IMG/VR virus record: IMGVR_UViG_3300022377_000098
Location: 1-64,000 of that record
Length of the DNA stretch: 64,000 bases
Reading direction: 5' to 3' (one strand)
DNA from: a virus
Lineage: Duplodnaviria > Caudoviricetes
Notes under the pieces: generated by a model
What the model saw: the letters and a program-made list of their open reading frames with translations, nothing else
Told to the model about the DNA's origin: nothing
Databases searched by the model: none
Translations under genes and position numbers: made by a program
Part shown: one piece after another, positions 27,394-39,951 of the stretch
Layout: each line of letters begins with the position of its first letter
Position numbering within the stretch: position 1 is the stretch's first letter

Positions 27394-29415
27394 TTATTTC
27401 AGCAGTACTTTAATGTGCGTGCTGTCTAACCGTGTCATCACACGGCAGTTTGTCTTTGTATCAGATTTGGTTGCCGTGCCATCCCCTGTTGCCGCAGGCT
27501 GTGCATAACCATTGACTGCACAGGTGCCATCATCAATCAGCACCAACTTACCGAGCATACCGACCGTGCTCCACTCAGGGCGCTTTTCACGATTTTCGTA
27601 CTCGTTTTCTTTTGTGGGGTCATAGTTTGGATTGACTTTAAACCTTGTTTCTGTGTGCTCTGGTATAGCGGGCATAATTTCCACACCATTTTCATCCATC
27701 TTTGCAGGCTGTGCTGGAATTGTAACTTCCTCCAAAATGCGCCGCCCGAAAACGTCACAAGCGTAACGCTCTTTCCATGAGTCAGCAGGAGAGTCACCAA
27801 TAATAGCGGGTAAAGCGGACACAATCCCTAACACATCATCATCTGGTTTTGCGTAACGGATTTTTTCGCCATCCAAAGTCACAAGTCGCCCGACTCTATC
27901 CTCCTTATTCGGGTTGCCGTCAAGCCACTCGAAGTATTCTGAATAATCAGCGCCGGAGGAATTGAAAGCAGACAGGCCATAGACGGAACCATTGAATTTA
28001 ACGCGAAAGCAGTTAGAACGTGCTGTATCAGATGTGCCATTACCAATCACTAAAGCATCATTAGTTGTGGAAAATTCAGATGGGTTTCCTACTGAATTTT
28101 TGTTGTATTCACCCATAGAAAATTCGGATTTATCATGAGCTACGGAACAGTAGCCTAACGCTGTGGAACAGTAGCCTAACGCTGTGGAGCCTCCTCCTAA
28201 CGCTGTGGAACAGTAGCCTGACGCTACACAACCCCATCCTGACGCTGTGGATGCATATCCTGACGTTGTGGAACCCAATCCTGACGCTGTGGAATAGTGG
28301 CCTGACGCTGTACAATCCCGCCCCATACATACAGCATGGTCACCTAAAGTTGTACCTGCTTTTTGCCCTGCTGTTGGATTTTGTGACTTTAGCTGATAAT
28401 CTGTAAGACTAACACTTGTAGCTACCCATGCTGTGCCGTCCCAAACATACGCTGTACCATTAACCAGATGCCCCTTTGTATCGCCAGTCAGGTATGCGGC
28501 TTGCAGCGCATCAACCGTTGTATACGACTCACCATACGCAAATGCCGCGCCAGTGTCGCCTTTTTCGCCTTTCCACTGGTCTGCACTGTTTTTGTACGTC
28601 TGACTTTCGGTGTCCCAATCTTTCCACACACCACTTGCATCACGCTGCGGCACATGGCTTGCTTTTTCTGTGGCAGCGTTGGCGGCAGTGATGGCAGCTT
28701 GTGAGTCTGTTTCACGCTTTGTTTCTGCTGTCTGCCGCGTTTGCTCCGCTGCTATACGTGACTGCTCTGCCGCAACTCTGCCCGACTCGGCTGTGACGCG
28801 CCCTGACTCGGCGGTTACGCGGTTGCTCTCCGCAGTGTCCATAGCTGCTTGCTTTTGCGTAATGTCTGTAATTGCTGTAGTGGCGTTTGTTACGGCTGTT
28901 TGTGAATCTGACACGGCTTTATCAGCTTTCTGCTCTGACTCCTGCACAGACCCGAGTGCCTCAGCCAGTGAAACGAACTCGCTCGTAGATACGATTGTTT
29001 GTTCCATATCGTCAGTAGCAATGTCCAGCGTAATGCCGGTAGCTTTCAGTTCCGTGCCGTTGCTGCCGAAAATTGCTACTGTGCAATGCGCATTGCCCGC
29101 CGCTGCCGTCGTCTGCTGTGTGAGAACAAATGTAACGGTATTCGGGTTTCCATCTGCTCCATTCGCAACGATTGTGCCATTAATAAACGTTGCATTACCG
29201 TCTGGCTTTTTTGTGTACAACCGCGCCGTGCATCCGGTCAAGTCAAGCGGCTTCTGCCGGATTTCTGTCTGTTGCAGTGCAGTTACTGTCTGTACGTTTT
29301 CCACAAGGTGAAGGGTCAGCATGCGGCTGTTTTCCTCACCCTGCACGGCGAATTTATTGATTAAATTTTCTTGCGATACATTTACCTGATATTCAGGTGA
29401 TTCAATTCCTGCCAT
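27394..29415 (-). CDS. BppU-like baseplate / tail fibre protein with beta-repeat head and peptidase G2-like chaperone domain
   Basis: N-terminal QGEENSR..PDG domain, coiled coil, STASG repeats, C-terminal DYSEYFEW.DGN...EDRVG. Confidence 0.8.
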   Translation of the reverse strand: MAGIESPEYQVNVSQENLINKFAVQGEENSRMLTLHLVENVQTVTALQQTEIRQKPLDLTGCTARLYTKKPDGNATFINGTIVANGADGNPNTVTFVLTQQTTAAAGNAHCTVAIFGSNGTELKATGITLDIATDDMEQTIVSTSEFVSLAEALGSVQESEQKADKAVSDSQTAVTNATTAITDITQKQAAMDTAESNRVTAESGRVTAESGRVAAEQSRIAAEQTRQTAETKRETDSQAAITAANAATEKASHVPQRDASGVWKDWDTESQTYKNSADQWKGEKGDTGAAFAYGESYTTVDALQAAYLTGDTKGHLVNGTAYVWDGTAWVATSVSLTDYQLKSQNPTAGQKAGTTLGDHAVCMGRDCTASGHYSTASGLGSTTSGYASTASGWGCVASGYCSTALGGGSTALGYCSTALGYCSVAHDKSEFSMGEYNKNSVGNPSEFSTTNDALVIGNGTSDTARSNCFRVKFNGSVYGLSAFNSSGADYSEYFEWLDGNPNKEDRVGRLVTLDGEKIRYAKPDDDVLGIVSALPAIIGDSPADSWKERYACDVFGRRILEEVTIPAQPAKMDENGVEIMPAIPEHTETRFKVNPNYDPTKENEYENREKRPEWSTVGMLGKLVLIDDGTCAVNGYAQPAATGDGTATKSDTKTNCRVMTRLDSTHIKVLLK
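28142..28318. repeat. 21-bp tandem coding repeats in the tail fibre
   Basis: About 8 units of ACGCTGTGGAACAGTAGCCT(A/G)-like sequence, encoding 7-aa STA(S/L)G repeats. Confidence 0.8.
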
Positions 29416-29416
29416 A

Positions 29417-31813
29417 TTAATTCCACCCCGTCATAACGCCACCATTAAAGTTTATTGTTACGGTACCGCCATCAGATTTTGTCAGTGGCCCGATTGAGCC
29501 ATTCCAGCCATTTGTACCGTTAATCGTAAGCCCACTACAATCTACTGTGCCACTCGTGGCAATCAATCCGTTTGCGTGCAGTTCATTCGCTTTCAGCGCG
29601 CCCATGATTACCTGTGCATAGCTGCCACTGTTACTAAAATATGTGCCATGCCCGCTTGTGGGCTGAAAGCACATATCATATGTGCCCGTTTCAGGGTTGC
29701 TGCTCACGCCCAAATGTCCCAGCTTAGAGCCGTTATAGTAAAAGTCAAATCCGTCACCAGTAAACTGTACGGATTGGCTTGAACCGTCCTTGTGGTTGAA
29801 CGCGTACACAATGGCATCTGAACTCTGCGTAATCGCTGTGCTAACAACCGAATTAACTTCTGTCCTCGATACCTTGCTGCTGATTTCATCCGCCTGCTGT
29901 GTAATCTGCGACTGCAAACCGCCCACCTTGTCATTGACGGATGACGTGATAGAGTCGGCAGTCATTTTTATTTCTGCGTTGGTTTTCGTTTCGGAGTTCG
30001 TCACAGACAAATCAATCGTGTTGTACAGTTGCTTAATGTCGCTCATTTCGTCACCGTGTGACACCGTGCTTTCCAGCCCGTCAGCAAGCTTCTGAATTTT
30101 GATGCGCAGTTCTTCAGATTTCGTGTTCAGCGCTTGTAATTCATCCCACAGCTTTTCGGATTCAGAATAAAAATCGGAGGAATTTTCGGCCTGCGACTTT
30201 GCTTCACAGGAGATTGCTTCGGCAGAGTTCAGCTTATAAGTCAGATTGGTAATGACTGACTTGCGTCCCTCAATGTCCACAATGTCCCCCGCTTCCAGTG
30301 CAGGGTTGCTGTAAATCGTTGCGCTGTATGGCGTAATGGTGTTGCCTATCAGGTGTGGAGCTATATTGTCCACAATCTGCTGCACATTTGCCACATCACG
30401 GTGCTGCCGGACTGTTACCAGTCTGCCGGGTAAATCCGAAAAATCAGCAGACGTCAGCAGCTTGCCTTTGTACTCAATCTTTGCCGCATCAATTCCAGCA
30501 AAGCAACTATCCGACTGCAAGCGTGCAATGTCGTTATACAACACATCTACCAGCGCATTTATGCACGTCCATGCGTTTGTGCCGCTTTCCTTGTCCGTCT
30601 TTTTTGTGATATATCCTAAGTCAGCGGTTAAGTCCGCTTCTTCCTGTGCCATGCTTGACTGCGCAGTTTCGTAATAACTGGTAATGTACTTTGTCAATCC
30701 GTCTGGCAAGTCCTGCTTTGGCTCAAATGCGGCCGTTGCAACAGTTTTCGCACTGTCCTTTAGGTATGCAATGCAGGACTTCACATCTGAATCATACTGT
30801 TTTGCGCTGTCCACAAAGGTTTTACGCTCCGCGTCCGTGGGATTGTATGTACCGCCGTACCGGCTGCAATAGTTTTGCAGTTCCACGCACTGCGATTTGA
30901 TTCCCGCCAGTCGCGCAGGTACATCCGTATCCTTGCTTTTGATGGCGGAGTTGATGTTGACCGCCCATTCGTCGCAAATAACCTGTTCATATATTGCAGC
31001 TTGCAGTAGCTTATTGTCAGAATCTTTCAGGGTAATTACATACCCATCGTTGCCGGACTTCGCGTCAACATTTTTACTGTCAATCTTAACGCCGGTCACG
31101 GTAATATTGTCTTTTGCAGGCTCATACTTCTGGTAACTGCTGATATTGTACGGTGCGGTTGAATAGTCAAACCACTTGAATTCAAGTTCTCCGTCCGCAT
31201 TGCATTGCGCATAACATCCTGCCAACTGTGCAATGTTCGCAATCACATCGTGATATGTGGAAGATGAATACTGCGGGTCTCTGAAAATCTGATAATCACT
31301 ATTATGAAAAGTTTTAGTTTTCAGTGAAATTCCGCACTTGTCACAAACCTGCTGTGCAAGGTTTCCCAATGTGACCGGATAAGTAACATCCATGTCAACT
31401 TTGCTGTCTGACTTAGAGAGATTTCCATATGCAGAAACCGTTATTGTATTGCGACCCTTGTAGTCATATGCGTTGTATACACCTTGCTTCACCCATTCTA
31501 CCGTGTCGCCGGTATAATCGCGCTTGACAACCATGCCAATGTACACGGTAATGCTTGCTTTGCAGAAATCGCACTGCGTAAACTTTCCGTCAAAGTTATT
31601 CAGCATGATTGTACATAAGTCTGTAATCGCGGAGCCTACTGTATAATCAGACTTTGAAGAAACTCCGCTATCAATGGTTACACTGCCTTGCATGATGTCT
31701 GCATCTTTTAGCGGGAATTCTGTTCCGTTTGCCAACTTCACATCTGCTTTGAAGTGGAATTCTCTGCCATTTAGCAGAACAAATTTCTAAAAATCATCCG
31801 ATACTGGTTTCAA
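29417..31813 (-). CDS. Minor tail / baseplate hub protein (1 in-frame TAG at codon 9)
   Basis: TTG start with AAGGTGG RBS; MKPVSDDF*KFVLLNGREFHFKADVKLANG continues into track ORF 29417..31741. Confidence 0.75.
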
Positions 31814-31826
31814 TCTATCGCCACCT

Positions 31827-32204
31827 TTACACTTCGACAAAGTCAAATTTTATGTTTGAAATCATGGACTGGCTAAACCGCCCATTTTGCTTCACAAAAT
31901 AATTGACTGGCGCGCTTCTGTCACCCACATAAAATGTTGCTGTGCGGTATCCTCCAAGCCTTATGTCCGGATATGTCAGCAGGAATGTTTCTGGCTGAAC
32001 GTGCTGTAACAGCACAGATGCTCTTGCTTCCGTCATAGGAGCCCATGTGCAAGTAAGCTTCACCTACTGTGCCACTCTATCTTTGTGCATTAACCCCTAC
32101 TGGTCGCGCCCTGCTTCTGAATCTGATATGTCTTGCAATGCCCATTCCATGGACTGCGGGGTTTCAATGGTGTTTCCGTTTACCATCAATGTTGACTGTG
32201 CCAT
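31827..32204 (-). CDS. Distal-tail-type (DUF6711-like) protein (in-frame TAG at codons 36 and 47)
   Basis: W.LQDISDSEAGRDQ*GLMHKDRVAQ*VKLTCTW ... TFYVGDRSAP; one continuous conserved domain across the TAGs at 32097-32099 and 32064-32066. Confidence 0.85.
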
Positions 32205-32330
32205 TCAGCTTCACCGTCCTTTACAATAAAAAAAGAGTATCACACTCATTTCTGAATATGACGCTCTTATGGCGCTCTATGAAAACATAAATTTTTTTAA
32301 TTATATTTTTATTTTAGCATGCTTGAACTG

Positions 32331-32351
32331 ATTTCGTCACTCAAAACCTGT
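32331..32351 (-). promoter_or_regulatory. Repeated phage promoter / regulator box
   Basis: ACAGGTTTTGAGTGACGAAAT is identical at 48953-48973 with a near copy at 58885-58902; each is followed by an AT-rich -10-like tract. Confidence 0.55.
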
Positions 32352-32380
32352 GAACTCAATGTTAATAGTTGCTTCCATTT

Positions 32381-32469
32381 GGTAGTCAATTTTTTTGACT
32401 AGGTGGTCTAATTTCTTGACTAGGGGTAGTCAAATAATTTGACTAGGGTAGTCTAGTTTCTTGACTACC
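32381..32469. repeat. Four ~22-bp palindromic iteron-like units next to an AT-rich tract
   Basis: GGT(A/G)GTC-N9-TTGACTA repeated four times, then TATAATATAATTATAATATATATA. Confidence 0.65.
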
Positions 32470-32634
32470 TCTAATCCTTTATTTAAATATAATATAATTA
32501 TAATATATATAAAGCGCGGAGTTTTTAAAAAAATCTCCACGCAAAATCTAAAAAACGCTTCGCAAAAAAAATTCTGGTCAAAGGGAAAAAGACAAAAGAA
32601 AAGACCCACTTGAAAAATCAAGTGAGCCTAATCG

Positions 32635-35600
32635 TTAATGAGTTGGAACGTAACGTCTACTATCGATTGCTTTGTAATTTTGAGTTGAATCGTAAATGCT
32701 CTTGCCGTCAAGGTCTGCTGTAACATGAAGTTGAATTGGTTTTCCGCTGTTACTTTGCAGAATTGCAAGGATTGCGCCAACCTGATTTACAAGTTCATTC
32801 TGATTGGATGAATTTGCTGAATTGCCATTTGTCTGCTGTTCAGCAATGCCCTGTGCAATCTCTGCATAGGACTCTTTACGCATTGGTAAAGCGGCTTCTT
32901 TTCCTTTTTCACCTATGCCTATCAGCGTAGGTGCGTCATAGATGCCTCCATTTGCGTTCCAACCGCCCCAATCGATGTTTCCGATACCTTTTGCGTATCC
33001 GTGTCCTTGTCCCCACACGCCGTCAGGAGAACCATAACGCGCCCATGTGTAACGGATGGACGCGAGGATGTTTGATAACGGGTCAAGAATGTTCGTGTTG
33101 TATCCGGGCAAAGCGTAAGTCGAAAATGTTTCAGGGATTAATTGCATCAAGCCTTTAGACGGATGCCCAGCGTAATAATTTACGTCATGCAGGTCTGACG
33201 GGTCGACCTGCCCACTGGATTCAGTGTTCATCTGTGCCAGCAGCAAATCCACATTGTGCGTGGAATAATGTCCAGTCATCATAAGCGCCTTAGATGCAAG
33301 GCTTCTCCACTGTTCAACTCCAGAGCCAACATTTGCAACCGCACTCATTGCAACTTCCATTGCACTCTTGAAGTTCGGAATGCCATAGCCAAGAATGTTT
33401 CCAGAGTTTGAATTGCGATGCTTTCTGAATACACCCTCTGCGCCATCGCTTCCACTTGTGTTGCCCTCAATCGTATTTACAAGACCGCTTGCAATGCTCT
33501 CAACGATGCCGATATGGTCGGCGGTACCGTTCTTGTCCCAATCATAGAAAATCAAATCGCCGCGTGCAGGATTGTTAGTCCAGCGGTTGGCTGACTTGAA
33601 ATGGCTCATGGAATCCTCGCAGGAAGCAGATAGATATTCATCCACTCCCGCACGTTTCAAACACCAAGACACGAACATATCGCACCAAGCGGCACCGTTC
33701 ATTCCGAAGTCGCGCCCAAACTTTGTGAAGTCTGCATGACCGGCATTGGCTGCTTTATCGTCCAGACTGCTGTTTGAACCTTTTTCGAGATAGCCCAATT
33801 CCGATTCTGCAATCTTTAGGAATGCTTCCACGGTGCCGTTTCCGGGTGCTGTAAACTCTGCGAGTTGCTTTTTGATGAAGTCAACGGAATGACTTGTCAA
33901 GAACTGTACTGTGCTCTTTTCCATCTCGTTCCATGGGAAGTTAATGGATTGCATAGCCGTGTTTTTGTCTATAGCGGCGTGTAAGAGCATTTCGGGTTTG
34001 TCTAGGTAATTCCATATGTTTGTAGAAAAAGTGTCTAGAACGGCCTTAGAAGTGCCGAAAAAGTCGCCTATACCGTTCGCATAGTGTGGGAACATCTGCT
34101 TTGTCTGTTTTGCAGGCAGTACAGACGAACCGGCAGGCAAATCAGGAATCAGCACATTGCGCCCTTGCGGAATAAATGCGTGACCGTTTGGGAGCTGAAC
34201 CATTTCGCGATAAGTAGAGCCGGATTGGTCGTTGACAAGTGCTGCTCCGCCCGGATGATGCCCTGAACCATAGGCATAGTGTTTGATGCTGATTGGCTTT
34301 ACAGTTGCTTTAGAACCGACCGCAGACAGCACAGAGTTGATGCCCGCCACTACACCATTAATTGCGCCACCAATTTTATCAGCAACATTGTTGTTGATGG
34401 CTTTGGAATGCTGATTCACAATGTTGTCAGAATCGCTCATGTAAATCTGTGCCGACTGTTTCACTTTACTGAAATAAGTACTTGCATCAGATGAAATTGC
34501 TTTGAATTTACCGGAAGCATTGCTGTACATGCTGGAAGCTTTGGAACTCACATCACGTTCAGCAGACGCAAAGTTGCTCTGTTCAAAAGACTTTGCAGCA
34601 GAGAAATTTGCATTTGCACTTTTGGAAATCCCACTGAACTTTCCATCAATGAATGTGCTAATCCCATTCCACTTTGTGTTTGTGTCTGTCTGGATAGTGG
34701 CAGATGTATCAGAAACATTTGCACTGATTCCTTTCAGAAGCGTAGGCACAGAATTGTTCAGGCTTGCAGAGATTTCCTGATACTTTTTTGCGGTATAGTC
34801 TGTTTCGTCTGAAACAATTTTCTTGCGGGTGTCGGCAGAAGTGCGAAGATTGTCTGTAATCTGCTTAACCTTTGCACCGGATTCTCCCAAAATGCTGGAA
34901 TCGGTCTTTCCATTAACATTGAACACATTAGCAATAACTGTGCTTCCACTTTCGCCAGACGTTTTAGAATTTTCCACAATTCCCTTTGCGAGAGCGGAAA
35001 ACGTGCTGCTGTTCAATGGTAAAATAGCTTCGGAACCGGCCTCACCGACAACAGATAAAATTGGAGATGTTGTAATGCCACCCCTTGCTGAAAATGCAAC
35101 ACCAAGCAATTTAAGGATTTTGGGTATTGCCCCACTTATTAATCCTGCTCCACCAAGAGCGCCAGCTAAATCAGAACCGGCTTTTGGCGGGTTTGTCTTT
35201 TGTATGGCTGCAGTCTGCTTTCCAGCCGAGTTCCACGCTTGACTAAACCAGTTTCCCACACTTTGCAGTGCTTTCCCAATGTTCTGAAATACAGTTGAAA
35301 AAGCAGTAAGCTGATACTGACAAGTCTTTTGCGTGTTGGTCTGCAGATTTGTTCCAAACTTTGCAAAATCGTCTGATATGCCTTTCAGCTTTGCGTTAAC
35401 CCGGTTGTGAGTTTCTCCGAGATAATATGATGCACTTGTGAGCACAGCTAACCATGTTGTTTTTGCCAAAGTCGGTATGCTTTTTGCGATATCCTGAAAA
35501 CTCTGATTTGCGCCTTTTGAAAAGGCACTTACCTTATTGCCTGTTTGAGAATTGAGTTTTGATGACGTTTGAGAAAGTACGCTTTGCCACATTGCACTTG

Positions 35601-37749
35601 TAGCAGCAGTGACAGTACTTTCCATTCCACTAAATATCGATTCTGAATTTGCACTAAATCCAGATAACTTTTTTTGTGCTGACTGTGACTTTAGGCTCGT
35701 TTCAGAGTCAATATGGCTCCACGACTGCGCCCATGATGCTGCCATTGCAGTACCTGCCGCTCCAAATGAAACCTGCATATTGGTTGATAGAGAATTTACT
35801 TTTTCTTCTACAGGCTCAAATGATGGCAGAAATAAAGAAGAATCGAGCGCTGGAATTACTGCCGGCTGTACTTCTGGAGCGGAAATTGGCTGCTGATACA
35901 AAGCTTTACCATATAGAAAATAATCAAGCACAACCGCAGGAGCGATCAGAGGTTCAAATACTGGTGCTGCTACAGGCTCCTGATACCTGCCTTTTGACTT
36001 CTGGTAATCTCCATCATCCAGAGGCGGCACATACACTGGAGGAATTTCAAGGCTAGGAACCGGAATCTGCTGAACTGCTTTTGCAACAGCTTCTGCTCCC
36101 TCTTTAACCTTTTGAGTAACGGTTTCAACGCTTTTCTTAGTTGCCTTTTCTTCCTTATCCCTTTTGTCGTCAATCTTGTCAAAAACACCTTTAATGTTCT
36201 TGAAAAGGTCGTTAAAATTCCAGTTTGACTTTGGAGTAGGAATTGTTTTGAACATTTTACTATAGTCAGGGTCACTACTCTTTTTACTGTCAGAATCAGA
36301 GGACTCTTTTTTATTCAGAACATTCAGTTCATCAAACCCCATAACCGTTCTCTGGAGTTCTTTTACTTTCTTCTTTGCCTTATCAGCACTGTCGCCTGTT
36401 TTGTCAAGTGAAGCAGCATAGTCAACATTCGTCTTTGTTGCAATAGTGACAGTCTTTTGCCCTGTAATCTGTGCAATGAAAATTGCAAGCTTATTAGCCG
36501 CTGCCGCAATCCCGTCTACAATATTAGTTATTGCCGGAGAAATTGCTTTCAATATTGCTAAAAGCGGTGCTGCAATCGCATTTTTTAGGTAGGTGAAACT
36601 GCTCATATACTTTGACAAAGTATCATTTGCGTCTTTATTACCTAGCGCAGCGTCTTTGAACCCTTCTGTAATACTGTTAAGTACGCCCTGAAACGCAGTG
36701 AATGCAATCATTCCAGTCATCATGTGCTTGATAATCGTTAGAGTGCTTTGGCCTGCGCCTTTTGCTTTGTTCCCCGCTCTTTCTGATTTATTACCAAACT
36801 TATCCATAGCAGAACCAGCTTCATTCGTAGTGGAAGCAATCTGCTCCATCTTCTCCGCAACTTTCTGCTGCTTTGCGGTTAGGCTGTTCATGGAATTTCC
36901 AGCCTTTAATACTCTGCTTTCCAGCTTTAAGTATTCCTCACTGCCAACGCCCTTTGAAGCGCCTGCTTCTTGTGCCTTTACTTTCAGATTTTGGTACGCA
37001 GTGGCGGCATTGTCAATCTGTGCAGCAAGTGACCGCAACTGTGCTTCAAGATTTGCAAATTGTGCGGCAGAATCACCAGAAATACCATTCATAGAGGATT
37101 TCAGACGTTCAATATACTGCGTCACTTCCTCAATGGCTTTTGTAGAATGGCTCGTGTTAACTTGCGCTTGCGTAGGCTGGCTCATAGCCTTTCTCAAATC
37201 AGAAACGTTCGGTTGCATAGAATGGTTTGCACTCACAGATTCACTTGCTTGACGCTGCAACGCAGACTGTGCAGCTTCGGTTGACATTTTATCAGTGCCA
37301 CCATTGACATATCTGTCTACGGCTTTTGCCGCTAAATCAGTAATGGAATTGTCAGAATCCGCCATAAATTTTTTAGCCTGCGCCGTCTTTTCAAGAGCAG
37401 CAGACAATTTTTCTGCTTGAATCTGTGAGCGTTGCATGGACACGTTTGCACGGTCAAGGCGCGCCTGATACATAGCCATGTTTGATTCTGCTTTTTTGGT
37501 GGCCTGCACATTTTTGTTTGTAACGTCTGCCCCCTCTTTTTCTGTATCATAGAACTTTTTAAGAGAAGCAAACGCTTTTGAAGATGATGCAATTTTGTCC
37601 ATTTCTGCCGTAAAAGATTTCAGTGCAGGAATTGACTTAGTTAATGATGATTGGAAAGACTCAATCTTAGCAATCAGTTTGTCTAATGCACTATTTGCTT
37701 TTGTGGCAGAAGCCTATATTTCAATGTCAAGGCTGTTATCTTCTCCCAT
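32635..37749 (-). CDS. Tape measure protein with CHAP-like and lytic transglycosylase-like C-terminal domains (in-frame TAG at codon 12)
   Basis: MGEDNSLDIEI*ASATKANSALDKL joins track ORF 32635..37602; WCDMFVSW/HIGIVE and ESSG..GLMQLIP.TF motifs. Confidence 0.88.
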
Positions 37750-37813
37750 AAATAATCACACTCCATCTATATAAAAATAGGGATACAGCACGTCTGCCAT
37801 ACCCCTGTTTTCG

Positions 37814-38185
37814 TTAACATCTTCGTTCTCCCGTAATGACTTTGGGAGCAGTGCCGTTAAGCATTTTATCAATCTCCTCTGACCGCTTACGGAAGTATGT
37901 TTCCATTGACTGTTGCTGCTCTTTTACAGACTCTTGCTTGCTCTTGGGAGCAAGCATTGATTCTGGCTTTGTCGGATACTGTACGCTGTCAGTTAAACAA
38001 GCGCCAACAGCCTGCATTACATAGTAGCCTTGCAACCATGCAGCCGTATCAGCCCGCTGCTGCCATAACTCAATTTCAGCTTCATGCTTTATGTTGTAGG
38101 CATTCACATAAAGCCAAAACAATTCTGGTTCAGCGTTCCAAAACTCGTCATAGCTACACCCTGCTATTACGGCCAATGGGAACAA
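37814..38185 (-). CDS. Tail assembly chaperone-associated ORF
   Basis: G.SYDEFW..EP......Y..AY...AWLQG.YV..AV motif; between chaperone and TMP; true start uncertain. Confidence 0.7.
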   Translation of the reverse strand: MFPLAVIAGCSYDEFWNAEPELFWLYVNAYNIKHEAEIELWQQRADTAAWLQGYYVMQAVGACLTDSVQYPTKPESMLAPKSKQESVKEQQQSMETYFRKRSEEIDKMLNGTAPKVITGERRC

Positions 38186-38235
38186 TTCACATTCAAATTG
38201 TTCAGTTGCAGTTTTGTACTGCTTTTGCGGTTCTG

Positions 38236-38571
38236 TTACGCTGTTTTCTTCGGAGCCACGAGAAATGTCTTGCTCTTTGCAGACTTCCCGCCCTCGGTAA
38301 AAACCTCCATGAAAGGCTCTACCAGAGCACTGTAAATTTCATCCACTCCGAATTCTTCGATTGCCTTATCGGAAATTTCAACAGCTTCGGAATAGCTGAT
38401 ATTCGGGTGGAACTTACCAAGCCCGCAGTAAAACAGTTTGTCGGCAGAAGTGTAGATTTTGTCCTACAGGTCGGAAACATTGCCGCCGATGCTCTCAAAC
38501 TTACGAACAGAAGCGCGGTCATAGAACAGTTTGTAGGTCTTTTCACCCACATTTACATCAAAAGAATTCAT
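38236..38571 (-). CDS. Tail assembly chaperone (in-frame TAG at codon 36)
   Basis: GGAGG RBS; MNSFDVNVGEKTYKLFYDRASVRKFESIGGNVSDL*DKIYTSADKLFYCGL; missing from the ORF track because of the TAG at 38464-38466. Confidence 0.8.
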
Positions 38572-38613
38572 ATTGTTATACCTCCGTTACATTCCTTAAA
38601 ATTTTAGTTTCTG

Positions 38614-39051
38614 TTAAACAGTAGCAATCATTGTGCTTGTGTCTGCTACATGGTCGTGACTGGAAACGTTGACTGCCAGAGAGCACTTGCCTGCCTGCCC
38701 AGCAGAATAACCACTAATCCATGTTGCACCGGTTCCGACAAAGTGTTCGCCGCTGCCATCCTGATAGACAATGAGAAAATCCTTTGGAATTTTCAAACTT
38801 ACATATCCGCTTACAGCCGTATAGTTTGCTTCGGTGTGGTTGTACTCGAAATCATATGTAGGCGTGTCGGGACGGTCGGAAACGTACTGCTTGTATTCAC
38901 TGTCCAATGTGGTAACTTCCAGTTTGTTAGGAGTGCCACCGGTGTCAGGAGTCTTAACAACGGATACCAGCTTTTCATACTAGCCAGCATCGTTCTTTTT
39001 CATCAGTTTAATGCCAATATCAGTAAGTGCAATAACATTTGCATCAGCCAT
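38614..39051 (-). CDS. Major tail protein (in-frame TAG at codon 24)
   Basis: GGAGG RBS; MKKNDAG*YEKLVSVVKTPDTGGTPNKLEVTTLD; TAG at 38980-38982. Confidence 0.85.
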
Positions 39052-39068
39052 ATTTTATACCTCCGTAT

Positions 39069-39467
39069 TTACGAATAGATTTTGTTTCGGTAAGCGTCAT
39101 ACCGGCATGAATACCGCATAACGTACCTATAAATTGTCGTGTCTGAAACGTTCTGCATTGTGCCGGAAAACTCGCACTTCATGTGCAAGTCATTTTCCAG
39201 AGAATCAGCAATAGCAGAACGGATTTTCATAGCTGTGGTTTCAGCAGTGCCGCCTTTAGTGTAAATCTCAATTTGGCAGGTAAATGAATACTTGCGTTCT
39301 CCATAATCAAGCGTGTGCTCAATTTCAGGGAAGTCAACATTCTGCACTGTGACATACGGGAATTGTGTGGACTGATTCTGAAAAGGCTTTACAACCAGTG
39401 CAGCAGGACATACAGAAAGTACCGCTTTCTTGACATATGTATAAACTGCATTTGTAAGGTCAACCAT
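39069..39467 (-). CDS. Tail terminator protein
   Basis: 132 aa; FPYVTV, QIEIY motifs; synteny. Confidence 0.7.
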   Translation of the reverse strand: MVDLTNAVYTYVKKAVLSVCPAALVVKPFQNQSTQFPYVTVQNVDFPEIEHTLDYGERKYSFTCQIEIYTKGGTAETTAMKIRSAIADSLENDLHMKCEFSGTMQNVSDTTIYRYVMRYSCRYDAYRNKIYS

Positions 39468-39951
39468 TCACAATCACTCTCAATTCCTTATCGGTTAGTT
39501 CTTTTGCACGTTGTTTCAAATACTGTGCCGTCTTGTAAACAAAAGCGTTAGCAGGTTGTCCTTGCGTCCAACGTAGTTTCTGCGCCTTTTCATCAAAGTA
39601 CCACCATCCGGCAGTGCCATGACTGTTTGAATCATACACCCATCCGGGAGCAGGATTAGGATGTGGACTGGTTGCGCCTTTAATCCCGGTTCCATACTCA
39701 ACAAAGATAGCGTAGTCTGAACCAACCGAAATTCTTCCAGTACAGGTTGATTCATCAAACGTGCTGGAAATGCTGTCTGACAGTTCCCCCGTAGAGCGTT
39801 TGACGACTGACTTCATGTAATCGCGCCCCTCTTGCGTAAGCTGCGAAATCACGCTTGCAAGGGTAGAATCAACCTTGGAATTCAGACTTTCCAGTTGCTT
39901 TTTTGCTTCTTCCACAGACTATGGAGAAAGTGCATCAAAAGAGATTTTCAT
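39460..39951 (-). CDS. HK97 gp10-like neck protein (in-frame TAG at codon 11)
   Basis: MKISFDALSP*SVEEAKKQL; TGELSDSI, YAIFVEYGTG motifs; TAG at 39919-39921. Confidence 0.85.

Noticed and set aside
28142-28318. CRISPR array or DGR variable repeat
   Set aside because: These are contiguous in-frame 21-bp coding repeats without spacers; there are no cas genes, reverse transcriptase or template repeat in the window.
38185-38250. -1 frameshift in the prophage 2 tail chaperone
   Set aside because: The -1 frame is open, but I could not find a canonical X XXY YYZ heptamer, so it is not claimed.
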